Source: Acidobacteriota bacterium (GTDB taxonomy: Bacteria > Acidobacteriota > UBA6911). From it: a stretch of 64,000 bases of DNA. Below are positions 19,115-29,400 of the stretch, in pieces (position 1 is the stretch's first letter; every line of letters begins with the position of its first letter). The translations under genes were made by a program, and so were the position numbers. Below the pieces are notes generated by a model. It worked only from the letters and a program-made list of their open reading frames with translations. It did no database searches and was not told the origin of the DNA. The stretch lies in assembly GCA_963664705.1 (NCBI GenBank), contig OY761556.1, forward strand, positions 1,696,001-1,760,000. The letters run 5' to 3'.

Positions 19115-20587
19115 ATGGAACAGACAAAAGCAGATCTACCGGAATCGCTGCATAGGCATTTGAAAGCATGTCGAACGCTTCCGAGCATTCCAGCGGTCGC
19201 CGTTCGGATTCTTGAGCTTTCCCGCAAAGAGGAAACCTCGGTACAGGAGGTTGCTCAGGCAATTAGCCGGGATCCGGCGCTGGTAGCGAAGCTGCTCCGC
19301 GTCTCCAATTCAGCCTTCTATAGCGTTCGCCACGAGATTACCACAGTGAATCGAGCGGTTGCTGTTCTTGGAATCAATACTGCACTCAGCCTTGCGTTGA
19401 GCTTCTCGCTGGCAAAGAACATGGGCAAGAAAGGTTATAAGAATTTTAACCCGGTTGCCTACTGGAAGCGTTCGGCCATAGCAGCGGCCGCCGGCAGGGC
19501 GTTGGCGCAACTTGTCCATGGCAGTGTGAGAGAGGAGCTGTTCCTATCTGGCCTGCTGCAGGATGTGGGCATGCTGGCTCTAAACGAGGCCATCCCTGAT
19601 GGTTATGATCTTTTGATTGCGGCTGCCGGCGGGGACCATCAGAAGCTGGTGGAATTGGAGCGTGAAAAGCTTGGTACTGATCACGCAATGGTTGGGGCGT
19701 GGTTGCTCGAGCATTGGAATCTTCCGGGAAAATACTCGGCTGCCGTTCGGGCCAGCCACGATTCCCAGGCCATATCGGATGATGAAAATGCCGGATTCTG
19801 CCGGGCAACAGCAGTGGCGGCAGGGATTGCTGAAGTCTGGGTTGACCCGGCAAGAGCTACCAATTTCGCATGGAACCTGGCAACCGGCCTGTTAGGGATG
19901 TCTCAGGAGAACTTCAGGAATTTGCTGGGTTGTGTTGCCTCTGCGATTCCGGAAGTCACGGTTGAGCTGGAAGTCAATATCGGCAATGAGGAAATGCTGG
20001 CTCATCTGCTGGAACAGGCACATGAAGCGTTGGTTGTTCTTACCATGGAGGCTCAACAGCAGGTACAGCAGATAAGAGATCTGTCCCGGCGCGACCGGCT
20101 AACGGCAGTTTATAACCGTAGCTATCTTGACGAGGAACTGCCCCGGCAGTTTGAGGCAGCGTCATTGTCGGGCAAGCCGCTAAGCGTTCTGTTCATTGAT
20201 ATAGATTATTTCAAAAAGGTCAATGACACGCACGGCCACGAGGCGGGAGATACAGTATTGGTATCCACGGCAGGCACCATAAGCACTGTAGTGAGAAGGT
20301 CGGATGTCATTGCCCGGTATGGAGGCGAAGAATTCATATGCCTCATGCCGGACACGGATGCCTGTCAGGCGCTAACAGTTGGCGAAATGATTCGAAATAG
20401 CATCGAAGCGCAAACGGTTGGAGATGACCCAGTGCTTCAAGTAACGGTATCAATCGGAGGCGCTACTCATTCCGATTCCTGTCGGCTGGACGATGCCAGG
20501 CAGTTGTTGGGAGAAGCCGACCGATGCCTGTATATTGCCAAGGCTCAAGGCCGCAACCGCATGATAATGAGGGAGCAGCCGATTTAG
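19115..20587 (+). CDS. HDOD-GGDEF diguanylate cyclase
   Basis: LPSIP..DPAL..SNSAFY HDOD domain; DRLT, DIDYFKKVND, RRSD, RYGGEEF. Confidence 0.92.
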   Translation: MEQTKADLPESLHRHLKACRTLPSIPAVAVRILELSRKEETSVQEVAQAISRDPALVAKLLRVSNSAFYSVRHEITTVNRAVAVLGINTALSLALSFSLAKNMGKKGYKNFNPVAYWKRSAIAAAAGRALAQLVHGSVREELFLSGLLQDVGMLALNEAIPDGYDLLIAAAGGDHQKLVELEREKLGTDHAMVGAWLLEHWNLPGKYSAAVRASHDSQAISDDENAGFCRATAVAAGIAEVWVDPARATNFAWNLATGLLGMSQENFRNLLGCVASAIPEVTVELEVNIGNEEMLAHLLEQAHEALVVLTMEAQQQVQQIRDLSRRDRLTAVYNRSYLDEELPRQFEAASLSGKPLSVLFIDIDYFKKVNDTHGHEAGDTVLVSTAGTISTVVRRSDVIARYGGEEFICLMPDTDACQALTVGEMIRNSIEAQTVGDDPVLQVTVSIGGATHSDSCRLDDARQLLGEADRCLYIAKAQGRNRMIMREQPI

Positions 20588-20790
20588 GCAAATCAGGACA
20601 AGAAAATAGTTTGGCTGCGTTCCCCTGGAACTGCTTTATGCAATAGGATATCAAAGTTACCGGAAGAGGCCACATGCACGGAGGACCGCGGGAGACCGCA
20701 GACACAATTGGCAATGTGGCCCTTTCGAGATCTGTGACAAACCCCGAGTTCCAGAAACTCTACAATGACATCCGAAGCACGCCCCTGGGG

Positions 20791-21156
20791 TCAGCTGACT
20801 CTTCTGTCCATTCCGCCTTCATTCAGACTTGCTATTGCCGCCTGCTCGTCATTAAATGACTTGAAAACGGTCAGCAGTTGGGTAATCACCAAAGGATCGG
20901 AAATCTTCTTGGTTACATTTAAGAGTCGGATCTGTCCGCCGCCATTGGTAACCGCATTGTAGGTGTTGACCAGTTCGCCAATACCGGAACTGTCGATGAA
21001 CTTGATATGAGCCAGGTTGAGCACAATCTTGTTTGCGCCGCCATGCAAAACGTCATGGAGGGTATTGCGAAGGGACAGCATCCCGTCATCCAACGTGATC
21101 TTGCCGCTGCAATCCAAAATGTGGACATCTCCGATGCTGCGCGTGGAAATCTTCAT
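20791..21156 (-). CDS. STAS-domain anti-sigma factor antagonist
   Basis: FIDSSGIGELV motif. Confidence 0.9.
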   Translation of the reverse strand: MKISTRSIGDVHILDCSGKITLDDGMLSLRNTLHDVLHGGANKIVLNLAHIKFIDSSGIGELVNTYNAVTNGGGQIRLLNVTKKISDPLVITQLLTVFKSFNDEQAAIASLNEGGMDRRVS

Positions 21157-21787
21157 ATCGAACCCCCTTTTGGTTCCGCAAAAAAGGCCTGTCGGGATAC
21201 AGTGACGATGTTGCCCTCTTGCTTCAACATTGGGTGCCTCAATACTTTTCCGGCATCAGGGAGTTTCTGCAGGGATTGGGACATATTCCGACCGTTTTAT
21301 TGACTTCTCCCTTTATCCCCAATTCAGGCACATGAAACGCTAGTCTCTCGACCTCCGGTGAATCGAGTCCCGATAACCGGAAAATTTCGAGAAAGAAACA
21401 GCTCTCCTTTGCACAGGAAAAGCACCGATCCGTCGATGCGCTTTGTCGGGCTGGAGGCTTCCGTAAGACAACTCGTGCAAGAAACGAGTAGAGTGTGGGG
21501 GTTTGGAACCATACTGTCCAACCGTCTTGACGATCATGGGGATCTTTCCCCTCCGCGTCGACAGCCGGCGCACAATCCTGAAGGTTTTGATACCTTAAAA
21601 TCATCTTAGCCGAACTGAATGCAATTTTACAGAAAAGAATACTGAGATAAAGAGATCAGCTATTTGTCCAACTGCGACCAAAAATACCTTGCCCTCTAAT
21701 GCATTCGGAATTATTGCCGAAAAGAATTGATGAATGCTGGACTTGGTTTGAGAGTCTTGTCGAACAATAATTAGGGATTGTAAGACG

Positions 21788-21844
21788 AAGACGCAAGCGA
21801 AAGGAATCTGACTGGTTCTTTTCGCTTGCGTCTTTTTGTTTTTA
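21788..21844 (+). terminator. strong hairpin with T-tract (intrinsic terminator-like)
   Basis: AAGACGCAAGCGAAAGGAA-9nt-TTCTTTTCGCTTGCGTCTT then TTTGTTTTT. Confidence 0.7.
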
Positions 21845-21951
21845 CCGCCTTGAAAAGGGATGGTCAGGACCACTGGGAAGTTGGAAAACAGTCGTCGGGC
21901 TTGCCCGGTAAACACAATCCCTGATGACTGAATAGCTGCTTAATCGCACTT

Positions 21952-22353
21952 TTGATGTCGTCGGAGAAACCTATGATGTCAGACAATTACGGTTGCCCTC
22001 ATTTGTTTGCTGAAGGAATCAACACTGCCAAGTTTGCCGAGATGGTTTCCCAGGCTATCTTGAAAACTCTGCAAGGCATGCATGCTGACTTTCCGCAGGG
22101 AGCTATCGACCAGTGGAAAAACATGAGCCGGATAGAAAAGCTGGCATTTGTCGGTGCAAGCCTGGAATGTTTTTATTGGATCTATATTGCCAGAAATAAG
22201 GAACTGTTTCCATTTTGGGAAACCGCTTCCATCAGTCAGAAAGTGGAAAGAGCCGCGGGTTTTTGTCTGTTTATCCTGGGAACCGAATTTGAAGAAAGCA
22301 GCGCAGGCGTTTTTCCCGGTACCAACGTATCGTCCACCGAGTGGATTAACTGA
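21952..22353 (+). CDS. hypothetical protein
   Basis: 133 aa ORF filling an intergenic gap; true start may be 21973 after GGAG; no recognised motif. Confidence 0.5.
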   Translation: MMSSEKPMMSDNYGCPHLFAEGINTAKFAEMVSQAILKTLQGMHADFPQGAIDQWKNMSRIEKLAFVGASLECFYWIYIARNKELFPFWETASISQKVERAAGFCLFILGTEFEESSAGVFPGTNVSSTEWIN

Positions 22354-22664
22354 GACCGCTGTGTTAGTTGCCGGAAGGGCTTAGCCAAGATTAGTTCAAT
22401 GTGTTGATGGCCATGCCTTTTTGCAGCCATTTCATGGATGAAGATCGAAAAGCATCAATTCTCTTTTTACATTCCTTGCCCCGTGTTTGACCTCAGCCGG
22501 ATATCCTGAATACGGTTCCCGAATCTACTGGAATGATGCCGCCGCGAATGAAATCCGATCAAGCGCGCTTGTGCCGTGTTAGGATAGGAGCCTGGTTTCT
22601 ATGTATTGTTTCAGCTGGGTTTTTGTATCTCATCCGCAGAGTCATGTTGGTTGGAGGGGTGAAG

Positions 22665-23030
22665 ATGTCGAATAGGAAAGATGAAAGCAGTGCCTTCATC
22701 CGTTGCGCCTTTTTTCGCGGCAGCATCAAAGAAGGGCAAGAGGAGAGATTTGCTGAGTTTGTTCGTCGACGACTTGTGCCGCTGTGGACGCGTTTCCCTG
22801 GCGCGGAAGAAGTAAGGGTATTACGTCAGGAGGATTGTGATGCCGGTGCGCCGCGTTTCGAGATGGTTCTGGCAATCCGCTATCCTTCGCGCGCCGCGAT
22901 CGACGCGGCGCTTGCCTCGGATGTGCGACTAAAAAGCCGAGAAGTTACCCAGGAAATGATGTCCATGTTCGAGGGAGATATTTTTCATACCATTTTCAGG
23001 GCAGATGAGTACGGCTTGCCCACCGATTGA
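22665..23030 (+). CDS. EthD-like dimeric alpha/beta barrel protein
   Basis: LVPLWTRFPGA..YPSRAAIDAALAS pattern; GGAGG RBS. Confidence 0.7.
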   Translation: MSNRKDESSAFIRCAFFRGSIKEGQEERFAEFVRRRLVPLWTRFPGAEEVRVLRQEDCDAGAPRFEMVLAIRYPSRAAIDAALASDVRLKSREVTQEMMSMFEGDIFHTIFRADEYGLPTD

Positions 23031-23066
23031 TTCCCTGTGCCTTGAAACAGTCGGGCCGAATCAAAC

Positions 23067-23873
23067 CTACTTCAGCCGATTTTGCAGTTTCTGCTCGATG
23101 TTCTGTTTCGCGTCCTGGAGACCCTCGCTGTTCTTCTGTCCGTTCATGCCAAAATGTCCTACGATCAGTGAGATCCGGCGGTTGGCGGGATCATCGGGAT
23201 TATCCGGCTTGCGGAGTTGCTGATCGGCATAGCCGCGTACCTGCTCCACCTGACCGGCGTGCAATCCCGCTTCCATCATAATCCGACGGGCGTTATTGGC
23301 GCGGTCCACCGAGAGTTCCCAGTTCGTATAGCCGTTGCCGGGATACGGTCTTGCATCCGTGTGACCTTCAATGAAGAGACGGTTGGGTATCTTTCCGATC
23401 TCCTGTCCGAGGACGGAGAGCAGATCTTTGCAATCCTCATTGGGCGTGGGACTGCCGATAGCAAAAAACGTGCCCTTTTCTGTTTCGAGCAACTCAACCT
23501 TAAGGCCGCTCTCAGTGATGGTCATTTCAATCTGCTTGCTGAACTTGGTGAAATTGGGCATCTTTCGGATGGCATTTTCCAACGACTGTTTCAGTTCGTT
23601 CATTGCTTTAGTTCCCGAAAGCAGTCCCTCTCCACCGACACTGGCGCCTAAGACTTTGGATGTTCCCATGCCAACAAATTTGGATGTGCCCATGGGATCC
23701 TTAAAATAGCCTCCGACGGCTTCCTGTACCTGTTTGCTGGTATTCATGAGCCAGAGAACAATAAACAAAGCCATCATGGCGGTGACAAAGTCGGCATAGG
23801 CCACCTTCCACGCGCCTCCGTGATGGCCGCCGTGCCCCCCCTTTTTCTTGATGATAATGCGTGTGTTTGCCAT
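23067..23873 (-). CDS. motB: flagellar stator protein MotB
   Basis: HGGAWKVAYADFVTAMMALF, OmpA-like GHTD, NWELSVDRA, NRRI. Confidence 0.95.
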   Translation of the reverse strand: MANTRIIIKKKGGHGGHHGGAWKVAYADFVTAMMALFIVLWLMNTSKQVQEAVGGYFKDPMGTSKFVGMGTSKVLGASVGGEGLLSGTKAMNELKQSLENAIRKMPNFTKFSKQIEMTITESGLKVELLETEKGTFFAIGSPTPNEDCKDLLSVLGQEIGKIPNRLFIEGHTDARPYPGNGYTNWELSVDRANNARRIMMEAGLHAGQVEQVRGYADQQLRKPDNPDDPANRRISLIVGHFGMNGQKNSEGLQDAKQNIEQKLQNRLK

Positions 23874-23882
23874 AAGGACTCT

Positions 23883-24758
23883 TTAGGCGGTCGCCGCTTG
23901 CGCAGGTGGTGCCTTCTTGACCATCTTCTCCATTTCTCCAAAGCTCGGACGAATGCGATGTGGGATAATCCGGCGTCCGTATTCAAGAGCCAAAATGGGA
24001 GCATTGCCTTTCAGGAAGGCCAGCATGATAGTTCTTAGTACGTTATGATAGGAATGTTCTTCTTCGGCGACTTTGGACATGTATTGCGCCAGAGGGCCGA
24101 CGAATCCATAGCACATCAGAATGCCAAGGAAGGTTCCGACAAGGGCTGCTGCCACCTTGTGCCCGATTTCCTCCGGGGGACCACCCAGTGCTCCCATCGT
24201 GATCACGACTCCTAAAACTGCGGCAACAATGCCGAGTCCGGGCAGGGAATCCGCGGTTGTGGAGAGTGCTGCGATCGGTTTCTCCGCTTCACGGTGTGAA
24301 GTCTCCATATCTCCTTCAATGAGTTGATCGAGATCGAAGGGGTCCACATTGCCGGAAAGGACCATTCGCAACGTATCGCACAGGAAATCGCGTGTATGGT
24401 GGTCGCTTAGAAAATTGGGATACTTTGAAAAAATTTCGCTTTTTTCGGGTTCTTCCGCGTCGGTTTCCAGGGCTATCAGACCTTGTTTTCTGGCCTTGTC
24501 GAGCACCTCGTAGCACATCTTGAGGTTATCGCCGTAAAATTCCTGTGTGTAGGGGGATGGCTTGAATACGCCGGTCAGTCCCTTGGTAATCCCCTTCAGC
24601 ACGTGCACCGGGTTGGCAATAAAAACAGTGCCGGCCGCGGCGCCGCCAATGATTACCAGTTCTGCAGGCTGAATGAGAACGGCAAGGTTGCCACCTTCCA
24701 TCAGATAGCCACCAACTACGGCCCCCAATACTATACAAAGTCCTATAATTACAAACAT
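23883..24758 (-). CDS. motA: flagellar stator protein MotA
   Basis: QPAELVIIGG, ARKQGLIALE, LPGLGIVAAVLG, AALVGTFLG. Confidence 0.95.
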   Translation of the reverse strand: MFVIIGLCIVLGAVVGGYLMEGGNLAVLIQPAELVIIGGAAAGTVFIANPVHVLKGITKGLTGVFKPSPYTQEFYGDNLKMCYEVLDKARKQGLIALETDAEEPEKSEIFSKYPNFLSDHHTRDFLCDTLRMVLSGNVDPFDLDQLIEGDMETSHREAEKPIAALSTTADSLPGLGIVAAVLGVVITMGALGGPPEEIGHKVAAALVGTFLGILMCYGFVGPLAQYMSKVAEEEHSYHNVLRTIMLAFLKGNAPILALEYGRRIIPHRIRPSFGEMEKMVKKAPPAQAATA

Positions 24759-24761
24759 ACT

Positions 24762-25637
24762 CTAGTTGTCTCCTGGAAGCGTTTTGGGAGCGCTCCATGC
24801 TGGATCAAGGTCGGATAATAATGCTTCAGGGCTGTCAAATTTTTCTGCCGTGACCATCCGGATCTGTATCTTGGGGACGATGCGATCGCCCCACCAGGTT
24901 ATGGCACAGGTGCTGGTTACAGCTTGCAGTTCTCTTAAAACTTCCTGATTGCAATCACCGATGCATTGCGGAACAAGAAGGATGAAACGCTGCTCGGTCC
25001 ATGTGCCCAGATAGTGGGGCACCCAGAGCGCGCTTGTCAGCGTTTTGGCCACGGTTTGAAGAACCGCCTGTACCATTGCCGGTCCGCGATTGACTCCCAT
25101 TTCGTGGACTCCTTCAATGGTGATCATGAAGGCGGATAGGTGCTCCCGCTCATGAAGCCAGTGCAAGCGAAGCTGCTCTTCTGTATGGTCGGGTGACCCA
25201 ATCTCCGTGTGTGAGCGCGAGGCAAACTCCGGATCATCCCACAGAAGCCCTGCAACAAACGATTCCATCTGAAAGACCTGCCCTACCGCAAATATCTTTC
25301 CTTCTTCATCGCGTACCGGGACTGTCTGGGCGACGACACGAATCCGGTGGCCTTCCTTATGCTGCATGAGCATAGCCGCGCGCCTGGGATTGCCATCATG
25401 CAGAGTCAAAGACATTGGACATGAGCCTGAAGCGCACAATGGCTCACCCTTTATGGAGCAGTGAGATAGTAGCGCTTCGGAGCAACCGCGGCCGATGACA
25501 TCCTGAGCCCGGTAGCCTGTTATCTGCTGCGCGAGCTGATTCCAGAAAATGACGTGCTTATTATGATCGACTACATAAATGCCGAAGGGCATGACATCGG
25601 TCAACTGAAGAAACAAGTCCCCATTGTTAATAGACAT
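24762..25637 (-). CDS. Cys-rich PAS domain plus degenerate GGDEF-like domain protein
   Basis: PAS (FWN..ITGY..VIG..C..HC..LC..CP); the GGDEF-site position reads GTWTEQRF. Confidence 0.7.
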   Translation of the reverse strand: MSINNGDLFLQLTDVMPFGIYVVDHNKHVIFWNQLAQQITGYRAQDVIGRGCSEALLSHCSIKGEPLCASGSCPMSLTLHDGNPRRAAMLMQHKEGHRIRVVAQTVPVRDEEGKIFAVGQVFQMESFVAGLLWDDPEFASRSHTEIGSPDHTEEQLRLHWLHEREHLSAFMITIEGVHEMGVNRGPAMVQAVLQTVAKTLTSALWVPHYLGTWTEQRFILLVPQCIGDCNQEVLRELQAVTSTCAITWWGDRIVPKIQIRMVTAEKFDSPEALLSDLDPAWSAPKTLPGDN

Positions 25638-25868
25638 TTTATTCTCCGATACGCTTTTCGGTCATCTAGATCAGAACAATGAACAATTTCAGCAAATTCT
25701 AATTGAAGAATCGCTCTTTACCGTCTCCGGGAGGGGCTTATGCCATGCGGCTGATTTGATCGGCAGGGGCAAATTATGAAAGGGATAGGGTTATGCGCTT
25801 GAGTATTATTCCCCTAAAATCCAGGGTTTAAGGAATCTGTCAAAGTGCGGTAGCGCCGCCTATAGGTT

Positions 25869-28800
25869 CTAGGCGTCTCTTTGTCGAGCTCTTTGCAGAG
25901 CATTCGCAAGTTCCTTCATAGAAAATGGTTTCTGAAGAAAGATGGTGCCGGGGTCCAGCATACCTTGATCGACCATGGCATCGGCGGTCCAGCCCGACAT
26001 GAACACACATTGAAGATGGGGATAGGTAGTCTGGAGTTTTGCGGCAAGGTCGCGACCATTCATCTCGGGCATGACAATATCGGTAATAATTATGTCAATC
26101 TCTCTTGAATGGGCGTCCGCCAGTCGAAGTGCTTCCCCCGGGGTCGGTGCAGCCAGAACCGCATACCCCAGCTTGCGAAGCATCGCCTGGGCCAATTTCA
26201 GCACGGTAGGCTCATCTTCGACAAGCAGGATTGAGTCTTTTTTGTTGGATGCCGGCGCCAGCTCGATTACTTCACTTTCCTCGGGCGCTCCTGTATAGCG
26301 CGGAAGGTACATTTCAAACATCGTGCCATTGCCGGGCTTGCTTTCCACATGAACGAATCCATTGTTTTGTCGGACTATTCCATACACAGTGGCCAAGCCA
26401 AGTCCAGTTCCTTCACCAACCCCTTTTGTGGTGAAAAACGGCTCAAAGATGTTCGCCAGCGTTGCCTCGTCCATGCCTCGGCCGTCATCGCCTACCGATA
26501 TCTGGACATATTCCCCCGGGACGCATCCTTCATGGCCCTTGAAGTTTTCGGTGCAGATTTCAAAATTGGCCGTCTGGATTACGATTTGGCCGATTCCTGA
26601 GATTGCATCCCTGGAGTTGACACACAGGTTGGCAAGTATCTGGTCGATCTGTGATGGATCCATCCGAACAGGCCATAGAGCCGCCCCGGGCTTCCAATCC
26701 AGGCGAATGTTTTCACCAATCAATCGGTGAAGCATCGCGAGGATTCCGGAGATAGCATCGTTTAGATCGAGAATGCGCGGCAATATAATCTGCTTGCGGG
26801 CGAAGGCCAGCAATTGTCGGGTAAGGTCGGCGGATCGACTCGCTGCCTTTTGAATCTCCACCAAATCGCCGTGAACCGAATGGGAAGGGTCTATCTGCTC
26901 AAGCGCCATTTCGGTCCGGCCCAGAATCACTCCCAACATATTGTTGTAATCGTGCGCGACCCCGCCGGCCAATCGTCCGATTGAATCCATTTTCTGGGCT
27001 TGTCGCAGCTGATCCTCGAGGCTTTTGCGTTCCTCTTCCTGACGTTTGCGGTCCGTAATATCGCGAGTTATGCCCGTTATGCCCAGTGGCTTGCCATCTT
27101 CCGACCAGATAAAGCTGGCCGTAACCTCCGCCGGGAAAGTGCCGCCGTCTTTGCGCATTTCCTCGGATTCGTAGACGAGGATTTTGTTGTGGTCGTATGA
27201 AGCCGTGGCGGTTGCCAGTTCAAGCTCTTTTTCCCGGAGAAGGTTGGATTCGGTCGCCTGGCGTGGCGTTACTCCTTTTCTGAAAGAACGCTGCAGGGCT
27301 TCCTCCGGAGTATATCCATGAGTTCGCTCCACGTTAGGACTGATATAGGTAATGCGGCCGGCCAAATCCGTTGCCCAAATTGTATCCGGTATGCATTTGG
27401 TCATCGTGAGGAATTGCTGGTTGGCCTTGAGCAGTGCCTCTTCCGCCATTTTTTGTTCGGTGATATCCTCGGCCATTGTCAGGTGAAATGTGGGGCGCGT
27501 GCCGCGTTCCCACAGCGGGACTATGGTCAGATTTGCCCAAACAGCCGAACCATCGGGACGGACGTAGCGCTTTTGCAGTTGAACCATTTCGGCTTGTCCA
27601 TCTCGCAATAGCCGAATATGTTCCAAATCATTATCGACGTCAGCCGGATGCGTTATCTTCTGGAATGTGGTCTGCAGAAGGCTGTCGCGATGGAATCCGG
27701 TAATTCGGCAATAGGCCGGGTTTACTTGTGCAAACTGCCCGGTCCATGAATCAACTACCGCGATTCCCAGGGGCGCCTGCTCGTAATAGGTGCGAAACCG
27801 TTTCTCGCTTTCCTGCAGCGCTTCCTCTGCCTGCTTGCGGGCGGTTATATCATAAACGATGCCATCCCAACGGATGCCTCCAGCTTCGAGGAGAATGGGA
27901 CGCGATTCTGCATGCAACCAGCGGATCTCGCCAGCTTTGTTTTGCTTGCGACCTTCCCATACAAAAGAGCTCAAGGTTTGACGTGAGCGTTCTATGGTCT
28001 GGGTAAGCACCAACAGATCGTCCGGATGGACGGTTGAGAAAGTGTTCTGTACGTCATTCAAAGCCTCAGCTTCGGACATCTCGAGTATTTCGCACCACCG
28101 CGGGCTTACATAATCAAAGCCGTAGGTGCCGTCCGGAAATGCTCTGAACTTATAAACTCCAATGGGGATCTGGTTAACAAGGTCGGAATATTCCAGAAGG
28201 CTTTGTTGAAGCCTTTCGGTAACAAAGCGCAGGCGGGCCTCGCTGGATCGCTGATCCTCTTCGGCTCGCAACCGGTCCGTGATGTCCCGTATGGCAGCCA
28301 CCTGCAGGAGGCGACCATCAGATTCGAAGTAATCTCCGAAGATCTCGACCGGAAATAGGGTGCCATCCTTTTTGCGGTGCAGGCGTATGGCTACAAATGT
28401 CTCACGCTCCCGGACGGCTTTGAGTGACTTTGCCGGTTCTGCGGAGATATCCGCCAGCTTGAGCTGAAGGAAATCGTCAAGGCTGTAGCCATAAAGATTC
28501 AGCGCGGATGGATTGGCATCGACAAAAAGGCCAGTCTCGATATCAACAAGAAAAATAGCATCGGATGCAGCCACAAACAGGCGCTGGTAGCGCTCCTCGC
28601 ATTCACGGGCTTTCTGCTTTTGCCGGGTTGTCTCCGTATTATCAGTCCAGCTGGAGATCAGCAACGCTTCCCCATCCTGTGTTATCAGTTCTGCCGAGAG
28701 AATGGCCGGAAAAGGCTGTCCGGAGTGTCGTTTCATCGTGAGTGCGCGATTGTAAATCCGACCCTTTTCCCGCATTTCGCTGAGAAAATTGCTTCTGGCC

Positions 28801-29039
28801 TCCGCGGAAGGCCAAAAATTCCAATCAACCATTGCACGGTCGGCTATTTCCTCACGCTTCAGATCGAAAACTCTCAAACAAGCCGCATTCATTTCCAGCA
28901 GCAAACCATCTGAGAATCGCGTAATGGCAATGGCTGCCGGGGCCAGGCTGAAAGCTTGTATCAGCATGCTCGCATTCGTAGCTTGCATGGAACCATCCGT
29001 GTGATTTGACAGCCCATTGGTTTTATGGTTGGGACACAT
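25869..29039 (-). CDS. multi-PAS hybrid sensor histidine kinase
   Basis: about 5 PAS domains, GGVAHDYNN, EPFFTTK, GTGLGL, receiver. Confidence 0.92.
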   Translation of the reverse strand: MCPNHKTNGLSNHTDGSMQATNASMLIQAFSLAPAAIAITRFSDGLLLEMNAACLRVFDLKREEIADRAMVDWNFWPSAEARSNFLSEMREKGRIYNRALTMKRHSGQPFPAILSAELITQDGEALLISSWTDNTETTRQKQKARECEERYQRLFVAASDAIFLVDIETGLFVDANPSALNLYGYSLDDFLQLKLADISAEPAKSLKAVRERETFVAIRLHRKKDGTLFPVEIFGDYFESDGRLLQVAAIRDITDRLRAEEDQRSSEARLRFVTERLQQSLLEYSDLVNQIPIGVYKFRAFPDGTYGFDYVSPRWCEILEMSEAEALNDVQNTFSTVHPDDLLVLTQTIERSRQTLSSFVWEGRKQNKAGEIRWLHAESRPILLEAGGIRWDGIVYDITARKQAEEALQESEKRFRTYYEQAPLGIAVVDSWTGQFAQVNPAYCRITGFHRDSLLQTTFQKITHPADVDNDLEHIRLLRDGQAEMVQLQKRYVRPDGSAVWANLTIVPLWERGTRPTFHLTMAEDITEQKMAEEALLKANQQFLTMTKCIPDTIWATDLAGRITYISPNVERTHGYTPEEALQRSFRKGVTPRQATESNLLREKELELATATASYDHNKILVYESEEMRKDGGTFPAEVTASFIWSEDGKPLGITGITRDITDRKRQEEERKSLEDQLRQAQKMDSIGRLAGGVAHDYNNMLGVILGRTEMALEQIDPSHSVHGDLVEIQKAASRSADLTRQLLAFARKQIILPRILDLNDAISGILAMLHRLIGENIRLDWKPGAALWPVRMDPSQIDQILANLCVNSRDAISGIGQIVIQTANFEICTENFKGHEGCVPGEYVQISVGDDGRGMDEATLANIFEPFFTTKGVGEGTGLGLATVYGIVRQNNGFVHVESKPGNGTMFEMYLPRYTGAPEESEVIELAPASNKKDSILLVEDEPTVLKLAQAMLRKLGYAVLAAPTPGEALRLADAHSREIDIIITDIVMPEMNGRDLAAKLQTTYPHLQCVFMSGWTADAMVDQGMLDPGTIFLQKPFSMKELANALQRARQRDA

Positions 29040-29400
29040 ATCAAATATCCTGGAGCAGATATGATAAAACTTTTACGGATCGCAGGTATCATGTGAGCGC
29101 CGACGGACGGCGTTCCCAATGATCAAGCATTCGGCGATGAATGTCGCATAAGAAGAAGGCTAAGAGTCTGCGCGAACGAAAAAAGTATAATACAAAACCA
29201 GCGCAATGGCGTTAGGAATTCCTTATTGGAGATAGCTAACGAAAAGGCGCGTATCCGGAAATGTCATTGTGCGGACGATTTTGTTTAATCGCCCAGGCAA
29301 GGTGGGCTGGCGACAAGAGAACGACAGGCTCTGAATGTGACAATCGCTGATTCCGTCAATTGGGAATAGCTGCGATGTGAAGCCTGTCGTTCTCCCAGGA

